The position numbers and the translations under genes are program-made. Below, piece after piece: positions 13,050 through 25,721 of a stretch of 64,000 bases of DNA (the first letter of the stretch is position 1; each line of letters opens with the position of its first letter). The notes under the pieces are model-generated. The model did no database searches. It was not told where the DNA came from and saw only the letters and a program-made list of their open reading frames with translations. The DNA is from Octopus sinensis (taxonomy: Eukaryota). The stretch covers positions 16,182,001 to 16,246,000 of the forward strand of contig NC_043007.1 in the NCBI RefSeq assembly GCF_006345805.1, written 5' to 3'.

Positions 13050-13900
13050 GGATATAGGGATCGACTTCACTATAATTGCTCGGCATTCAATATGCAACAC
13101 TTCAGAATCTGGTTGAAGCCTTGTCCTTGATTTGCTTGGCGAGAGCTGAAGTGTTCTTTTTGAGAATCATGAGTGCTCTGGTTGATTTCTGGCGCTAAAC
13201 TGTTTCACTGGAGAAAAATGTGTGAATCTCAAGGACACTTGAGATCTTCTAACTAGTTGTCTGATCTCCTGCAAACCGAGTGGTCGAACAGAAGGGTATA
13301 CGCAAGTTGGAAGAATTTTACTGTCGTGCTCTGGATGGTGTCACTGAACCGCCAGGGAAGTTTGGTCGACATCAAGAACCTGAAGTTGTTTTAAGAGCTT
13401 TGTCTTACAAGAGGTCCATTGTTCACGAGTTGAACTGTTGAATCCGAAGCTATTTCACGCTAGCAAAAAATTTTCGATGGAAGCGTTTTCACCTTTGGAT
13501 GCTTATAAAAAATGTTTTGGAATTAGATGGATTGAAATGCGAGCTGAAGTTAGTTTATGCTGTAGATTTTGCAAAGCAAGTGTCAAACATCCAAGAAGTC
13601 GCATACATAATACAGGAGCTTGAACTAAACCAAGTAACAAAACTACTACATCAAATTGTGACCATACCTGCCACATCTGCTTCCTGTGAGAAGTCACTTT
13701 CTTCAAAGCAAGTAAATAATTATTTGAGGTGTTCACAAAATGAAGTGAGATTGAGTAATTTGGTCTTCATTTCGATGAATAAAGATCTTTTGAAGAAGGA
13801 GCAAGTAGAGCGTGGTGTCAATACATTTTATACCAAAGTGATCGATGGATTTGCCAAAAAGTAACGAAGAAACTAATTGATTTACAAATTAGTTTTTAAA
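13050..13900 (+). mobile_element. hAT transposase remnant (C-terminal dimerization domain) in copy 1 intron 5
   Basis: ORF 13499-13864: IVTIPATSASCEKSLS...NYLRCSQNEVRLSNL, matching the hATC P.TSAS.ERSFS...YLRS...RL..L motif. Confidence 0.8.
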
Positions 13901-14262
13901 TAGTTCATTATTTGTAGGTTCTATTATGTCCCAGATTTCTCTTGTAACCAATAACAGTCATCATGTCAGGCCCGTCGCCAGGGTATTGCTAACGGGAGAA
14001 CATCAAGTTCAGTGCGTGGCCCGAAGCGTGGCCTGTTGGCAGAAGAGCATTTTCTCACATTAAAATTAGTTCACAGATGGAAGCGGAGGCGAATAGCTTT
14101 TAGCGAGGAGGAGAGTAAGTCTCAACTGCCCCACTCTCTGCCTTGGTGATTGGCTTGCATCATGGACTGCATTTCTTGGTTACCAAGTTAACCTTCGCCA
14201 CAGCTATATATGGATGTATGAATATATGAATTATGTATTTTGTGATGGCTTATCTATTTCAG

Positions 14263-14359
14263 GTCACCAATCTCAACATACCTGTCACAATGGAAGACAA
14301 ACAACATATGACGTACGTTGCAGCAACTCTTCTTGAGATTCACAGGATTGCGATAGTTT
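14263..14359 (+). CDS. CYP2-like copy 1, exon 6 (K-helix ExxR)
   Basis: VTNLNIPVTMEDKQHMTYVAATLLEIHRIAIV; 97 nt; tatttcag acceptor, gtatgt donor. Confidence 0.92.
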
Positions 14360-14467
14360 GTATGTAGGCTGTCATGCAATTTTCATAATACATCTCCTGT
14401 AGTTCATGTGTACTAGTTGTTCTGACAGAAAATATGTCGAATAGGTTTACACATAGGTTTACAATCG

Positions 14468-14880
14468 GAGTGGCTGCGTGGTAAGTAGCTTGCTTACGAA
14501 CCACATGGTTCCGGGTTCAGTCCCACTGCGTGGCACCTTGGGCAAGTGTCTTCTACTATTGCCTCAGATCAACCAAATCCTTGTCAGTAAATTTGGTAGA
14601 TGGAAACTGAAAGAAGCCCGTCGTATATGTGTGTATATATATATATGTGTGTGTGTATGTGTGTGTGTTTGTGTGTCTGTGTTTGTCCCCCCAACATCGC
14701 TTGACAACCGATGCTGGTGTGTTTTCGTACCGTAACTTAGCGGTTCGGCAAAACACACCGATAGAATAAGTGCTAGGCTTACAAAGAATAAGTCCTGGGG
14801 TCGATTTGCTCGACTAAAAGCGGTGCTCCAGCATGGCCACAGTCGCATGACTAAAACAAGTAAAAGAGTAAAAATGAGTA
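14468..14880 (+). mobile_element. SINE family A
   Basis: Full head, body, microsatellite and tail consensus. Confidence 0.85.
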
Positions 14881-15364
14881 TTACAATACGAAAATTAAAA
14901 AGAATCAGTCCGCCAAAGATATTCATGCCAAAAGTTTCACATCCTTGAATTAATGACAGAACTCCCTTGTGTTTTATATTGCTTAAAAACATTTAGGGGA
15001 ATTTTGTTTGAAGTGAACATTTTTCTCATATGATCTCAAACACAGTATTCTGAAATGAACAATTATCACCAATATTGATATATTACAAAATTTCGTTACA
15101 TTACAATAGTTCGCTAATCCAGTGTTACATAAGCTCAGATCTCTAACGTTGCAGCGCAGGTTTATTTAAAACCCAATTTTACAGCAACAGTGTTAAAGGA
15201 ACAAAAACTCTGTTTCTACACAAATTCGCACAAACTAAACCTTATGAGATGTCACGAAAGAATTACATTCATCGAAGGTACTGTGATACCACTATGTAAC
15301 CTATTTAATTCAGATTATCGTTATTCTCAGCATTATTAATATTTTCGATATTTCTCTTTACCAG

Positions 15365-15571
15365 CTCCAATAAGTCCTCCACATGCCGCTGAAGTAGACA
15401 CAACTCTAGGAGGTTATGATATCCCCAAAAATACCGTTGTTTCGTACATGTTAATAAATGCTCATTTTGATCCGAATTATTGGGATAATCCAAAGGAATT
15501 CCGTCCTGAAAGATGGATCGGAGAAAATAATGAGTTAAAGAAAAATGATGCTTTCATGCCTTTCTCCTTGG
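15365..15571 (+). CDS. CYP2-like copy 1, exon 7 (PERF region)
   Basis: PISPPHAAEVDTTLGGYDIPKNT...DPNYWDNPKEFRPERWIGENNELKKNDAFMPFSLG; 207 nt. Confidence 0.93.
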
Positions 15572-16440
15572 GTAGGTATTGTAAATATATTCTCATTCTA
15601 ATCGTAGCCATCAACATTTTTTTTCTTCTATCTAGAGTTACATTATCTAGTGATTTTTTACAACTGTATTTTGAAGGGGACTGTTTTTGTATTGTAGAAT
15701 CTCTATTGCTAGTTTGACGATATAATTGAAACCCAATAAAACAGGAATCTATTTCAAATCTTGTTGAAGTAAATATTGGCATTCACCATTCTAACATTAA
15801 CATAATGAGCCTCAATACTTCACTAAATTTCTTCCATAGACTATGTATTCTCTAAACAAATATTTAGTCTGTGTTTCTAAATTATGTTATTGTTTCTATC
15901 AGCAAGCCTCGACTTATTCATCTTTTCTTATTCATTTAGTAAAAATACTTTTAATAAAATTCCTTAATTCCTTGACATCATATTCTAATCTATAACTCTG
16001 CCTAATCCTATGCAGAAACAGTTCTTCCCTTTCTGTCAGCAATAATCCAGAAGATGCTACGCGTGAATAACCCTTGTACTTTCATGAAAATCCATTTTTA
16101 ACTTCTGACGTTGGTCAGGGTGCGTGTGTCTATAAATGGACGTGTGTTCGGCCACACAAATCATGTAGAAGATAACGGCCAGAAAAAATATCTTCCCCCA
16201 ACCCAAATCAATGCATGTTTGTCAACTTTGTAACTATTAACTGCTCCAAAACAGTTCATGGGGTGATAATCCCTATGTCTGAAGTATCGTTACCTAAACG
16301 TAAAAGCTGTGATATTTAAACTAATTCAACGACTCCATGCTTATATTTTAATGAAGTATTTTTAAATATATTTAAATTCTATCACATGTTGGCACACATG
16401 TAAGTATATTGTTTTATTTATAGATTCTGCTTCTTTGTAG

Positions 16441-16619
16441 GTCCAAGAGTTTGTCCTGCATTAGCACTGGCCAATACAGAAACTTTCATAACTTTTACAA
16501 ACATCTTACAGAAATTTCAGCTGGTTAAACCTGATGAAAGTCCAATGACAATAGACGGCAGGCAATCAGGCATCACTCATGTCCCCGTGAATGATAATAT
16601 CCGTGCAATACCACTGTGA
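16441..16619 (+). CDS. CYP2-like copy 1, exon 8 (heme Cys, stop)
   Basis: GPRVCPALALANTETFITFTNILQKFQLVKPDESPMTIDGRQSGITHVPVNDNIRAIPL*; 179 nt. Confidence 0.93.
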
Positions 16620-18004
16620 TATACGCTGTTATTATATGCTTCGAGTGTACCTATTTTATGTACATTAGATGCAATTGTGAAAAAGTATATCTTTGAAAGT
16701 ACAGGTGACATTTCTTCGAAGAATACTGACAATTCCCTGATGCTAAATTATAGCATTCCGCTGACAAAGAGCAACACGGAAATACAAAGAGATACAAATG
16801 ATTAGAAAATGCCAAAAATAAACAAAAAAAAATTAAAATTAAAAATATGAAATAAACTGATAAAAATAAATTAATGGAAATAAACAATTTTTAAATAATT
16901 AAATAAACGAACGCCTTATTCAGTCATTTCTTCATCATAGATATGTCTCGACTTCTATGAAGATAAAAGATTATAATGTTGTAAATATATAGACTGGAAG
17001 AATTCCTTGACTCTTGTGCCTGTAATATACTACAAAAGAAATCACCTGCGCATGATCAACTTGTTTCCACAGCAAAATACCAACATGTCTATCAGCACAC
17101 TTAGATGTGTCTTCTCATAAACTTAACTTTGACTGTCCATGGTTTTCATAACAGTTGCTTTACTAATCATTCACAGATATTATTCTTTGATCTAAACAAG
17201 TTTCAAGAATTCCACTGCACTGCTGAAATCCAAATCAGAAAATTTCAGCAAATGTATCTATATGGACAAGATTTTTTTAGGCGAATTGGAGAACACCACC
17301 CTCTCCAGATTGAGTTGCTATATCAGAGACTTTAGACCCTTTCCGTTGGTTATATACCATCTAACCCAGCAGTATATGGTAGGAAAGAATAATAAATGTT
17401 GTAATCTAGCAAAGGAAAATTGAGTTCACCTTATAATTGAAGGTCTCAAGTTCAAATCGTGACCGACAGGCAAACAAACACAAAAATATTTTAGTGGATT
17501 TGCTTGGGGATTTTTAGCGTCGAAAATAAGACTATAAAATGCTTATTACCTATTAAAAATGCTTCCATTTTATAACTAATATTAGAATTACGGAAGGAGC
17601 GAGCTGGCAGAATCGTTAACGCGCTGGGAGAAATGCTAAGCAGTGTTTTGTCCATCTTTATATTCTGAGTTCAAATACCGCCGAGTTTGTCTTTCATCCT
17701 TACGAGGTCGATAAAATAAGTACCAGTGGAACACCGGTGTCGATGTAATCGGCTTAACTGTCCCCGAACTTGCTGGCGGCCTTGTGCCAAAATATTAGAA
17801 TTACCGTGTCGATTATATCGATCATAATCTGATTGGTCCAACCTTTAATTATTTTATAAAATTTCAAAGCTCAGTTACCACGAGTTTAATACTTTGGTAA
17901 AGTATTCAAAAAAGAAAGTAAGTCTTCAATTTATCATCGATTCAGTGGGCTGTTAATAGAAAGTGCTGCCACTTCTTCAAAAGAGTCAAACCGGGAGCCA
18001 GGTA

Positions 18005-18502
<498 letters not shown>

Positions 18503-18722
18503 TCCTCGCCTCAGAACCAAATGTCGTAGAAATGTAGGTAAATCTATTAACTAGAATACCCTTTTTACCAAAGTCAACTGTGAACGTCGTTGCGAAATAT
18601 GAGCAACAAACGCTTCTATCAATATTGAGATAAAAATATTATTTTATGTACAGTGAAATTAAGGTAAAAGTGACTGCTCGTAGTATTAGCGAAAGCGAAG
18701 TGATCAACGAACGTTTAAGCGG

Positions 18723-18769
<47 letters not shown>

Positions 18770-18773
18770 GTAT

Positions 18774-18849
<76 letters not shown>

Positions 18850-18859
18850 ATATATAATA

Positions 18860-18907
<48 letters not shown>

Positions 18908-18919
18908 GTATATATATAC

Positions 18920-18972
<53 letters not shown>

Positions 18973-18986
18973 ATATATATATATAT

Positions 18987-19070
<84 letters not shown>
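18723..19070. repeat. (TA)n microsatellite; similar tracts at 5420-5505, 6370-6715, 35600-36215, 38085-38300, 39000-39270, 47655-47860
   Basis: Read directly; source of the spurious YIYI ORFs. Confidence 0.95.
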
Positions 19071-19073
<3 letters not shown>

Positions 19074-19328
19074 GTACTTTCATGTTTTGTAACCATGCAC
19101 TAGAGATATACAAGATCCAGTCAACAGAAATAGCGTCGGTTTTACATATGATTACATTTGATGCTTAGAAAAGGAACTGAATCGGTCTGCATAAGGGAAC
19201 ACATTATGCAAAGCATTTGACAATAAATGCACGGCACACAAAAATGCATATTCCACCTCCACCACGTAGGTTAGTATCATACACGTATGTATTTACGTAT
19301 GGACGTGTGCATATGTACACATATACGA

Positions 19329-19384
<56 letters not shown>

Positions 19385-19385
<1 letters not shown>

Positions 19386-19790
19386 CTCATTTACTCATTT
19401 ACTTGTTTCAGTCATTTTGACTGTGGCCATGCTGAAGCACCGCCTTTCGTCGAAGAAATCGACCCCGGGACTTATTCTTTGTAAGCCCAGTACTTATTTT
19501 ATCGGTCTCTTTTGCCGAACCGCTAAGTTACGGGGACGTAAACACACTAGCATCGGTTGTCAAGCAATGTTGGAGGGCGGACAAACACAACACACAAACA
19601 CACATATGTATATACATGTATACGACGGGCTTCTTTCAGTTTCCGTCTACCAAATCCACTGACAAGGCATTGGCCGGCCCGAGGCTATAGTGGAAGACAC
19701 ATGCCCAAGGTGCCACGCTGTGGGACTGAACCCGGAACCATGTGGTTGGAAAGCAAGCTACTTACCACACAGCCACTCCTACGCCTATAA
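19385..19790 (-). mobile_element. SINE family A, reverse orientation
   Basis: Reverse complement of the family A consensus (...cttaccacacagccactcct). Confidence 0.85.
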
Positions 19791-19826
19791 ACACAGACGA
19801 AGGGGACAGACACTCACACAACTACA

Positions 19827-19876
<50 letters not shown>

Positions 19877-19879
<3 letters not shown>

Positions 19880-20254
19880 TACCGTCAGAAATTAATTAGC
19901 ACCCTTGATTTGCTCTTCACTCAAGGTATGTGCTGTCACCTAGTGGCCATATCTCGAACTATTGCTTTGTTGCGAGTTCACTGTTGCGCAGAACGATGAC
20001 GTAACTTTGTTTGCAGAGCAGTTTGAGAGTCTACAGCCTTATGATGTTGACATAGCAGTGCAACAACAACTTGGAGTGCGGATGCAGACAAATTCCTTTG
20101 TTTAATAGATATAGGTAGCGCCTCGCAAGGACCGAAATCACACCATACTAAGTTTTCTCATCGCGTAAGACGTTTTGAACAGCTCATAGGTTAATTGATT
20201 TAACCTATTTAATGTAGAAATTTGAGAAGTGCTAATTAATTTCTGACGCAAGTG
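19877..20254. mobile_element. Tc1/mariner-type MITE
   Basis: 26-bp TIRs CACT(AC/TG)CGTCAGAAATTAATTAGCAC with TA on both flanks. Confidence 0.8.
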
Positions 20255-20321
20255 TATATATATATTTACATACATATATACATATATATATACATATATA
20301 TATATGTATATATAATTTATA

Positions 20322-20834
20322 TCTATATATATAAAACTGTAGTTGTGTGAGTGTCTGTCCCCTTCGATTTAGATTCCTAACTACTCCCACATTTTGCGGT
20401 GCAGTTTAACCAAATTCGGGAATCTTATAGTCGTGATTCATATCGAGCCCGTCTGAGTATTAGCGCGCGTCTACGATGAATCTACGATTTTAAAAATAAT
20501 TTAACATCATTTTTTATTCCATTTTAATGCATAATTTTTCGTGTGTCGATGGCGGCGGAGTTGGCGTCCATGGTCACACCTGCACCTGTTTGCTTCTCCC
20601 CCTTCTTCCCTCCCTCGTGAAGCTGTGGGGAAGGGAGTGTAAGGAAATCAACGTCATAAAGCGTTGTCAAGGAGACCAGCGTTCTTTTAGAACAACGACT
20701 TCATGGCTTGAAGACACCAAAACAGAAATGGCTAAGAAAGCCCGAATTGGCATCTATAAGGGAAGTAACTCTCTAAAAATGCTTATATAGTTATTTCCCT
20801 TACAAACCCGAGCAACGCCGGGCGATACTACTAG
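20322..20834 (+). mobile_element. Non-autonomous Helitron
   Basis: Starts A/TCTATATATATAAAA; subterminal hairpin CCCG-agcaacgc-CGGG at 20807-20822; ends CTAG/T. Confidence 0.75.
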
Positions 20835-21778
20835 TATATGTATATATATATATGCATATATATATGTATATATGTACATATATGTACATATATGTACATA
20901 TATGTACATATATGTACATATATATAAACAAGCCTTCTGTAGTTTTTTCACTTTTTACTATTTTATATATATATATATATACATATATATTTGTTGTGCA
21001 AGATTTTTTATGTGAAGTCGTGTGTTGAAACAGACATTGTTGTATTTCGGAATGGTCATTTTGCCAGTTTAGCCAATAAAAACATACGCCCTATATATTT
21101 GGTGTTACTTTGCTTCAGTGTTATTTATTTTTTACATTAATCTTGATCTTATTTCGGCCAGAGTTCTTTCGTCACACTCCTGTGACCGCATCAGTGGTCC
21201 TTTGTTTTCTTCTTTCTTATTTGTGTCTCTCCTTACTAACCGTCTGCCATTTTGTATTTCTATTGTATGTGTCTTCATTTGCGCATGCGTACATCTCTAT
21301 GTGCGTCCATGTTAAGTTAGTGTGTAAGTGTGTGTGTGGGGGGGAATGCCTGTAATATTTGATACATAGGAGAGCGGGTAAATGAACATTGGAGAGAACT
21401 TAAGGAAGGAAAGAGCTCATCGATTCTGTACCAACACGCCGAGCAGGAACACAGGGGATCAATCAACAACATAGATATTGGTCAGTTCATATCCCCCGTA
21501 ACTTAACAGTTCGGCAAACGAGACCGGTAGAATAAGTACTATGCCTACAAAGAATAAGTCCTCAGGTCGATTTGTTCGACTAAAGGTGGTGCTCCAGCAT
21601 GGTCACAGTCAAATGACTGAAACAAGCAAATGATTAAAAGTAAAGGAATATATATATTTATATATATCTTATACAACCTGATGTTAAAATTCTGCTTTAT
21701 ATAATTATAAGCGAAATGCTGATGTATATTCCCTGTTTCAAAATCTAAACACTTTGAAGTCGTGATACTGCATCGCTA

Positions 21779-21934
21779 TCAAATTCCGCCGAGGTCGGTT
21801 TTGCCTTTCATCCTTTCGGGGTCGATAAATTAAGTACCAGTTATGCACTGGGGGTCGATGTAATCGACTTAATCCGTTTGTCTGTCCTTGTTTGTCCCCT
21901 CTATGTTTAGCCCCTTGTGGGTAATAAAGAAACA
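21779..21934 (+). mobile_element. 5'-truncated SINE family B with perfect 15-bp TSD
   Basis: GATACTGCATCGCTA at 21764-21778 and 21935-21949; the homologous site in copy 1 intron 1 (about 3650) is uninterrupted. Confidence 0.9.
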
Positions 21935-22388
21935 GATACTGCATCGCTAAAACTCATGAATGTCACACGTAAATATTTTTATTCTATACAGGAGGACTTT
22001 TCTGCGTAACAAGAAAAAAAATTTAATCTCTTTATATTTAATATCTCAATACTTCATCAGTCTCTCAACTATTTAGAGTTTTAAATATTTAAAAGCAAAA
22101 TATATTCCGAAATGTTTGATTTTTCCTTCATTGTTTCAGGCATCACGTTTAATGTTGGAAAAAAATGGAAATACACGAAAAAGTTTTCTATGTCAGCACT
22201 TAGGGATTTAGTAAAGGGTAAAAGAAATACAGAAGAAAAGGTATATTTAGAAACCCAGAAATTGGGCGAAGTTTTTTCAATCTTACAATGGTAAACCGTT
22301 CTCCTTGGGTAACCTGATGTCATTCTACTCTTTGAGTATTATATACAATGTCATGTTTGGTGAAAGGTGAGTAACAGTACACATCAAG

Positions 22389-22445
<57 letters not shown>

Positions 22446-22446
22446 G

Positions 22447-22975
22447 GTCCGCTACGTTCTGAGTTCAAATTCCGCCGAGGTCGACTTTGCCTTTCATCCT
22501 TTCGGGGTCAATAAATACGTACCAATTATTCACTGGGGTCGATATAATCGACTTAATCCCTTTGTCTGTCCTTGTTTGTCCCTTCTGTGTTTAGCCCCTT
22601 GTGGGTACTAAAGAAATAGGTATTTCGTAGCGGCTCTGTCTTTACGTTCTGAGTTCAAATTCCGCCGAGGTCGACTTTGCCTTTCATCCTTTCGGGGTCG
22701 ATTAAATAAGTACCAGTTATGCACTGGGGTCGATGTAATCGACTTAATCTGTTTGTATGTCCCTGTTTGTCCTCTCTGTGTTTAGCCCCTTGTGGGTAGT
22801 TAAGAAATAGGTATCTCGTCTGCCGCTACGTTCTGAGTTCAAATTCCGCCGAGGTCGACTTTGCTTTCATTCTTTTGGGGTCGATAAATTAAGTATCAGT
22901 GAAACACTGAGGTTGATGTAATCGACTAGTCCCCTCCCTATAAATTTCAGGCCTTGTGCCTTTAGCAGAAAAGCG
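22447..22975 (+). mobile_element. Tandem array of three SINE family B units, followed by a further degenerate copy at about 23000-23165
   Basis: Units of about 180 bp joined at aagaaatag/gtat(t/c)tcg (22619, 22810). Confidence 0.85.
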
Positions 22976-23179
22976 ATATGTTCATTGGTGAGTGCAGAGG
23001 TGGCGAGCTGGCCGAATTGGTAACACGTTCTGAATTCAAATTCCGCCGATGTCGCCTTTGATTTTCGTCCTTTTGGAGTCGATAAAATAAGTATGAGTTG
23101 AGTACAGTGTCAATGTAGTCAACTTATCCCGTCACCTGAATTTTCTGGCTTTGTGCCAAAATTTGAAACCCATAAGTAC

Positions 23180-23735
23180 GTGTGTGTATAATTGTTTCTG
23201 TGCTTGTACATTCCGTGGGACCCATATTGGAGTATGGGATTCAAGCCTCTTCTCCTTATCTCCTCAAAGACATACATCATCTCGAAAGAGTCCAGAAGCT
23301 GTCTACCCGCATGGTTCTTGGTCTCAAGCATTTGTCTTATGAAGAAAGGCTGAAGACGCTCGACCTTTATTCTCTAGAAAAACGACGATGCCGTGGTGAT
23401 TTCATTCTCGCTCACAACATCATAAGTGGAAAGTGTAACCTCTCGAAAGAGATGTTCTTCACTCCTGCTCCAAAGTGTCGGCTGCGGGATTATTCCGAAA
23501 AGCTCGATCTGCGACGATTTCATCTCAATCGAAGGAGAGGGGCTTTCTCCGTCCGGGTTGCGGATCCGTGGAATAAGCTGCCGGATGAGATAGTGAAGAT
23601 GCCGACGACCGCTCGGTTCAAAGTCTCTCTTGACCAGAAATGGCCTGAACTCTTTGCATGAACACCCTCCCTGTACATAACTCCATGTCCCCCTACATGG
23701 CCTTGCTTTTCGCTTTTTGAGCCAAATAATTAACT
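23180..23735 (+). mobile_element. CR1-type LINE, RT C-terminus and 3' end
   Basis: PILEYGIQASSPYL.KDIHHLERVQK.STR...LSYEERLKTLDLYSLEKRR.RGD...FSVRVADPWNKLP. Confidence 0.85.
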
Positions 23736-24239
23736 TAACACACACACTTATGCATATATCCTTGAAGTTATCTGTCCTTTACAAATAGAACTTTTCTCCA
23801 TTATCATTTGGTATTGTAACACGTTCTCTAGAGATGAATCTCATTTTGATATATCGAGAAGGTTGTATGTCTATATTGTCTTTTTTCATATACAGGCAAC
23901 CAGTCAGCCTGAGTTATTTCTCTCAGCTCAATTTTACTTAAATTTGCTAATTACCTCAGCCCCCAAAAAGCGCTCATCTCCTTTTGTGATATATCTGTGT
24001 GTCCTGACTGATGGACATAAGTCATGATAATTAGCATGCAAGTTACTCCTTTCGATACAGATACTTGTTCGCGACTTTCCTCTAATCTCAAGAAAATAAA
24101 GATATGGAGCAGGTTTTAATCTAGACGTTAAGATAATTTTAATAAGTTATGGATGTGTGGCAAGCGATATGACTATTTATCTATGTTCTTCATATTCACG
24201 CCGCTGATCATTCTCACATTTCTCTCAGCTCACTTTTGT

Positions 24240-24309
<70 letters not shown>

Positions 24310-24323
24310 CATACATACATACA

Positions 24324-24357
<34 letters not shown>

Positions 24358-24465
24358 CATACATACATACATTCATATATACATACATGCATACATACAT
24401 ACACACATATACATACATACACATACACATACACATATACATGCATTCATACAGATACAAACATA

Positions 24466-24763
24466 TATAATCAAAATAAGCAACAAGAATATCTTAGGTA
24501 ATTTGGTACGATCGTTTCACGTTACATCGTTTTATTAAACATTGTAATTATTACAACAGTTTTAAAATGTTCAGCAATCATCGGCCATTTATAGAGGTTT
24601 TCCATCAATAAGTATATGTATTGATGGAAAACCTCTATAAATGGCTGATGATTGCTCAACATTTTAAAACTGTTGTAATAATTACAATGTTTAATAAAAT
24701 AATGTAGCGTGAAACGATCGTACCAAATTACCGAAAATATTCTTGTTGCTTATTTTGATTATA
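24466..24763. repeat. Fold-back inverted repeat with 145-bp arms and 8-nt loop
   Basis: 24466-24610 is a near-perfect reverse complement of 24619-24763. Confidence 0.9.
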
Positions 24764-24958
24764 ATCACCCCATAGATTTATATGGATAACACCATACAAA
24801 ATTCTGGTGCATCTAGCTTAAGTACCATATTCATTTGAATCTAAATTTTGCTGAACTTTATATATAATATAATTAAAAGGGCAGGCAACAGGTTGCTCCG
24901 CTGCATACCGAAGGAATTAGAAATGGCAGTCAAAGACTGTTTATTTCCATTTTCTATT

Positions 24959-25648
24959 AGTGGAAGTTCCATATACGACAAACCCTGCGATTCACATACG
25001 CAATCGGAGTAGTAAATAAACGAAAACAATCTCTTACCGTTAATGATGAACATGTTTCTAGATCGTAGGCTAGAAATTGTCTAATTTCTTTCGTCAACAC
25101 CATATTCGATAGATTTATCAAATGCCACCAGCCTCCACCTCTGACCAGGCGACATCAGATAGTGGGGAAGTGTTGCCTGCCCTGTTGCCTGCCCTTTTAA
25201 TTATATTTACTATATATACTGAACTCTACAGAGGTTCCTGACGCTAAAAGTCATATTTACATACCGAAATTTACCGGTAAATATTTGTTGGTTGTATAAA
25301 ACCACGAGAAATTATTTACCCTTTTTATTATATTACCATGTGGATTTCTTGCGATCACCCAGGTGGCGCGCATAGCAGAATTTTGGAGGAAAATTTACGG
25401 TCCCAGTCATTTACTTAGTTTTAACATCTGCACACTTCCCCACTATCTGATGTCGCCTGGTCAGAGGTGGAGGCTGGTGGCATTTGATAAATCTATCGAA
25501 TATGGTGTTGACGAAAGAAATTAGGCAATTTCTAACCTACGATCTAGAAACATGTTCATCATTAACGGTAAGAGATTGTTTTCGTTTATTTACTACTCCG
25601 ATTTTGCGTATGTGAATCGCAGGGTTTGTCGTATATGGAACCTCCACT
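24959..25648. repeat. Inverted repeat with arms of about 215 bp and a 258-bp spacer; overlaps a 26-bp-TIR element (24867-25206)
   Basis: 24959-25173 versus 25432-25648; atataattaaaagggcaggcaacagg and cctgttgcctgcccttttaattatat. Confidence 0.88.
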
Positions 25649-25670
25649 TATATTTACTATATATATATAC

Positions 25671-25721
<51 letters not shown>

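Larger units (their letters stand above)
2307..16619 (+). pseudogene. Cytochrome P450, clan 2 (CYP2-like), copy 1; 8 exons, frameshifted in exon 4 (pseudogene or assembly indel)
   Basis: GT-AG exons 2307-2670, 3870-4095, 5974-6100, 7956-8111, 10157-10293, 14263-14359, 15365-15571, 16441-16619. Motifs: N-terminal TM anchor, PPGP hinge, WxxxR (WKDLR), AGTDT, EIHR, PERW, FSLGPRVCPA. Exon 4 is 156 nt versus 157 nt in copy 3, giving a stop at 8046-8048. P450 identity is near certain; pseudogene status is not. Confidence 0.7.

Noticed and set aside
18646-19103. Long ORFs such as [18 protein letters not shown] and YVCM throughout the window
   Set aside because: They are translations of (TA)n, (CA)n and (TATG)n microsatellites, with no coding signal.
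21140-21200. Minus strand CTGATGC...ggccGAAA motif
   Set aside because: A9 is C and there is no complementary stem I or UH site.
22447-22975. Regularly spaced repeats that could be mistaken for a CRISPR array
   Set aside because: Eukaryotic DNA; units are whole SINE bodies of about 180 bp with no unique spacers and no cas genes.
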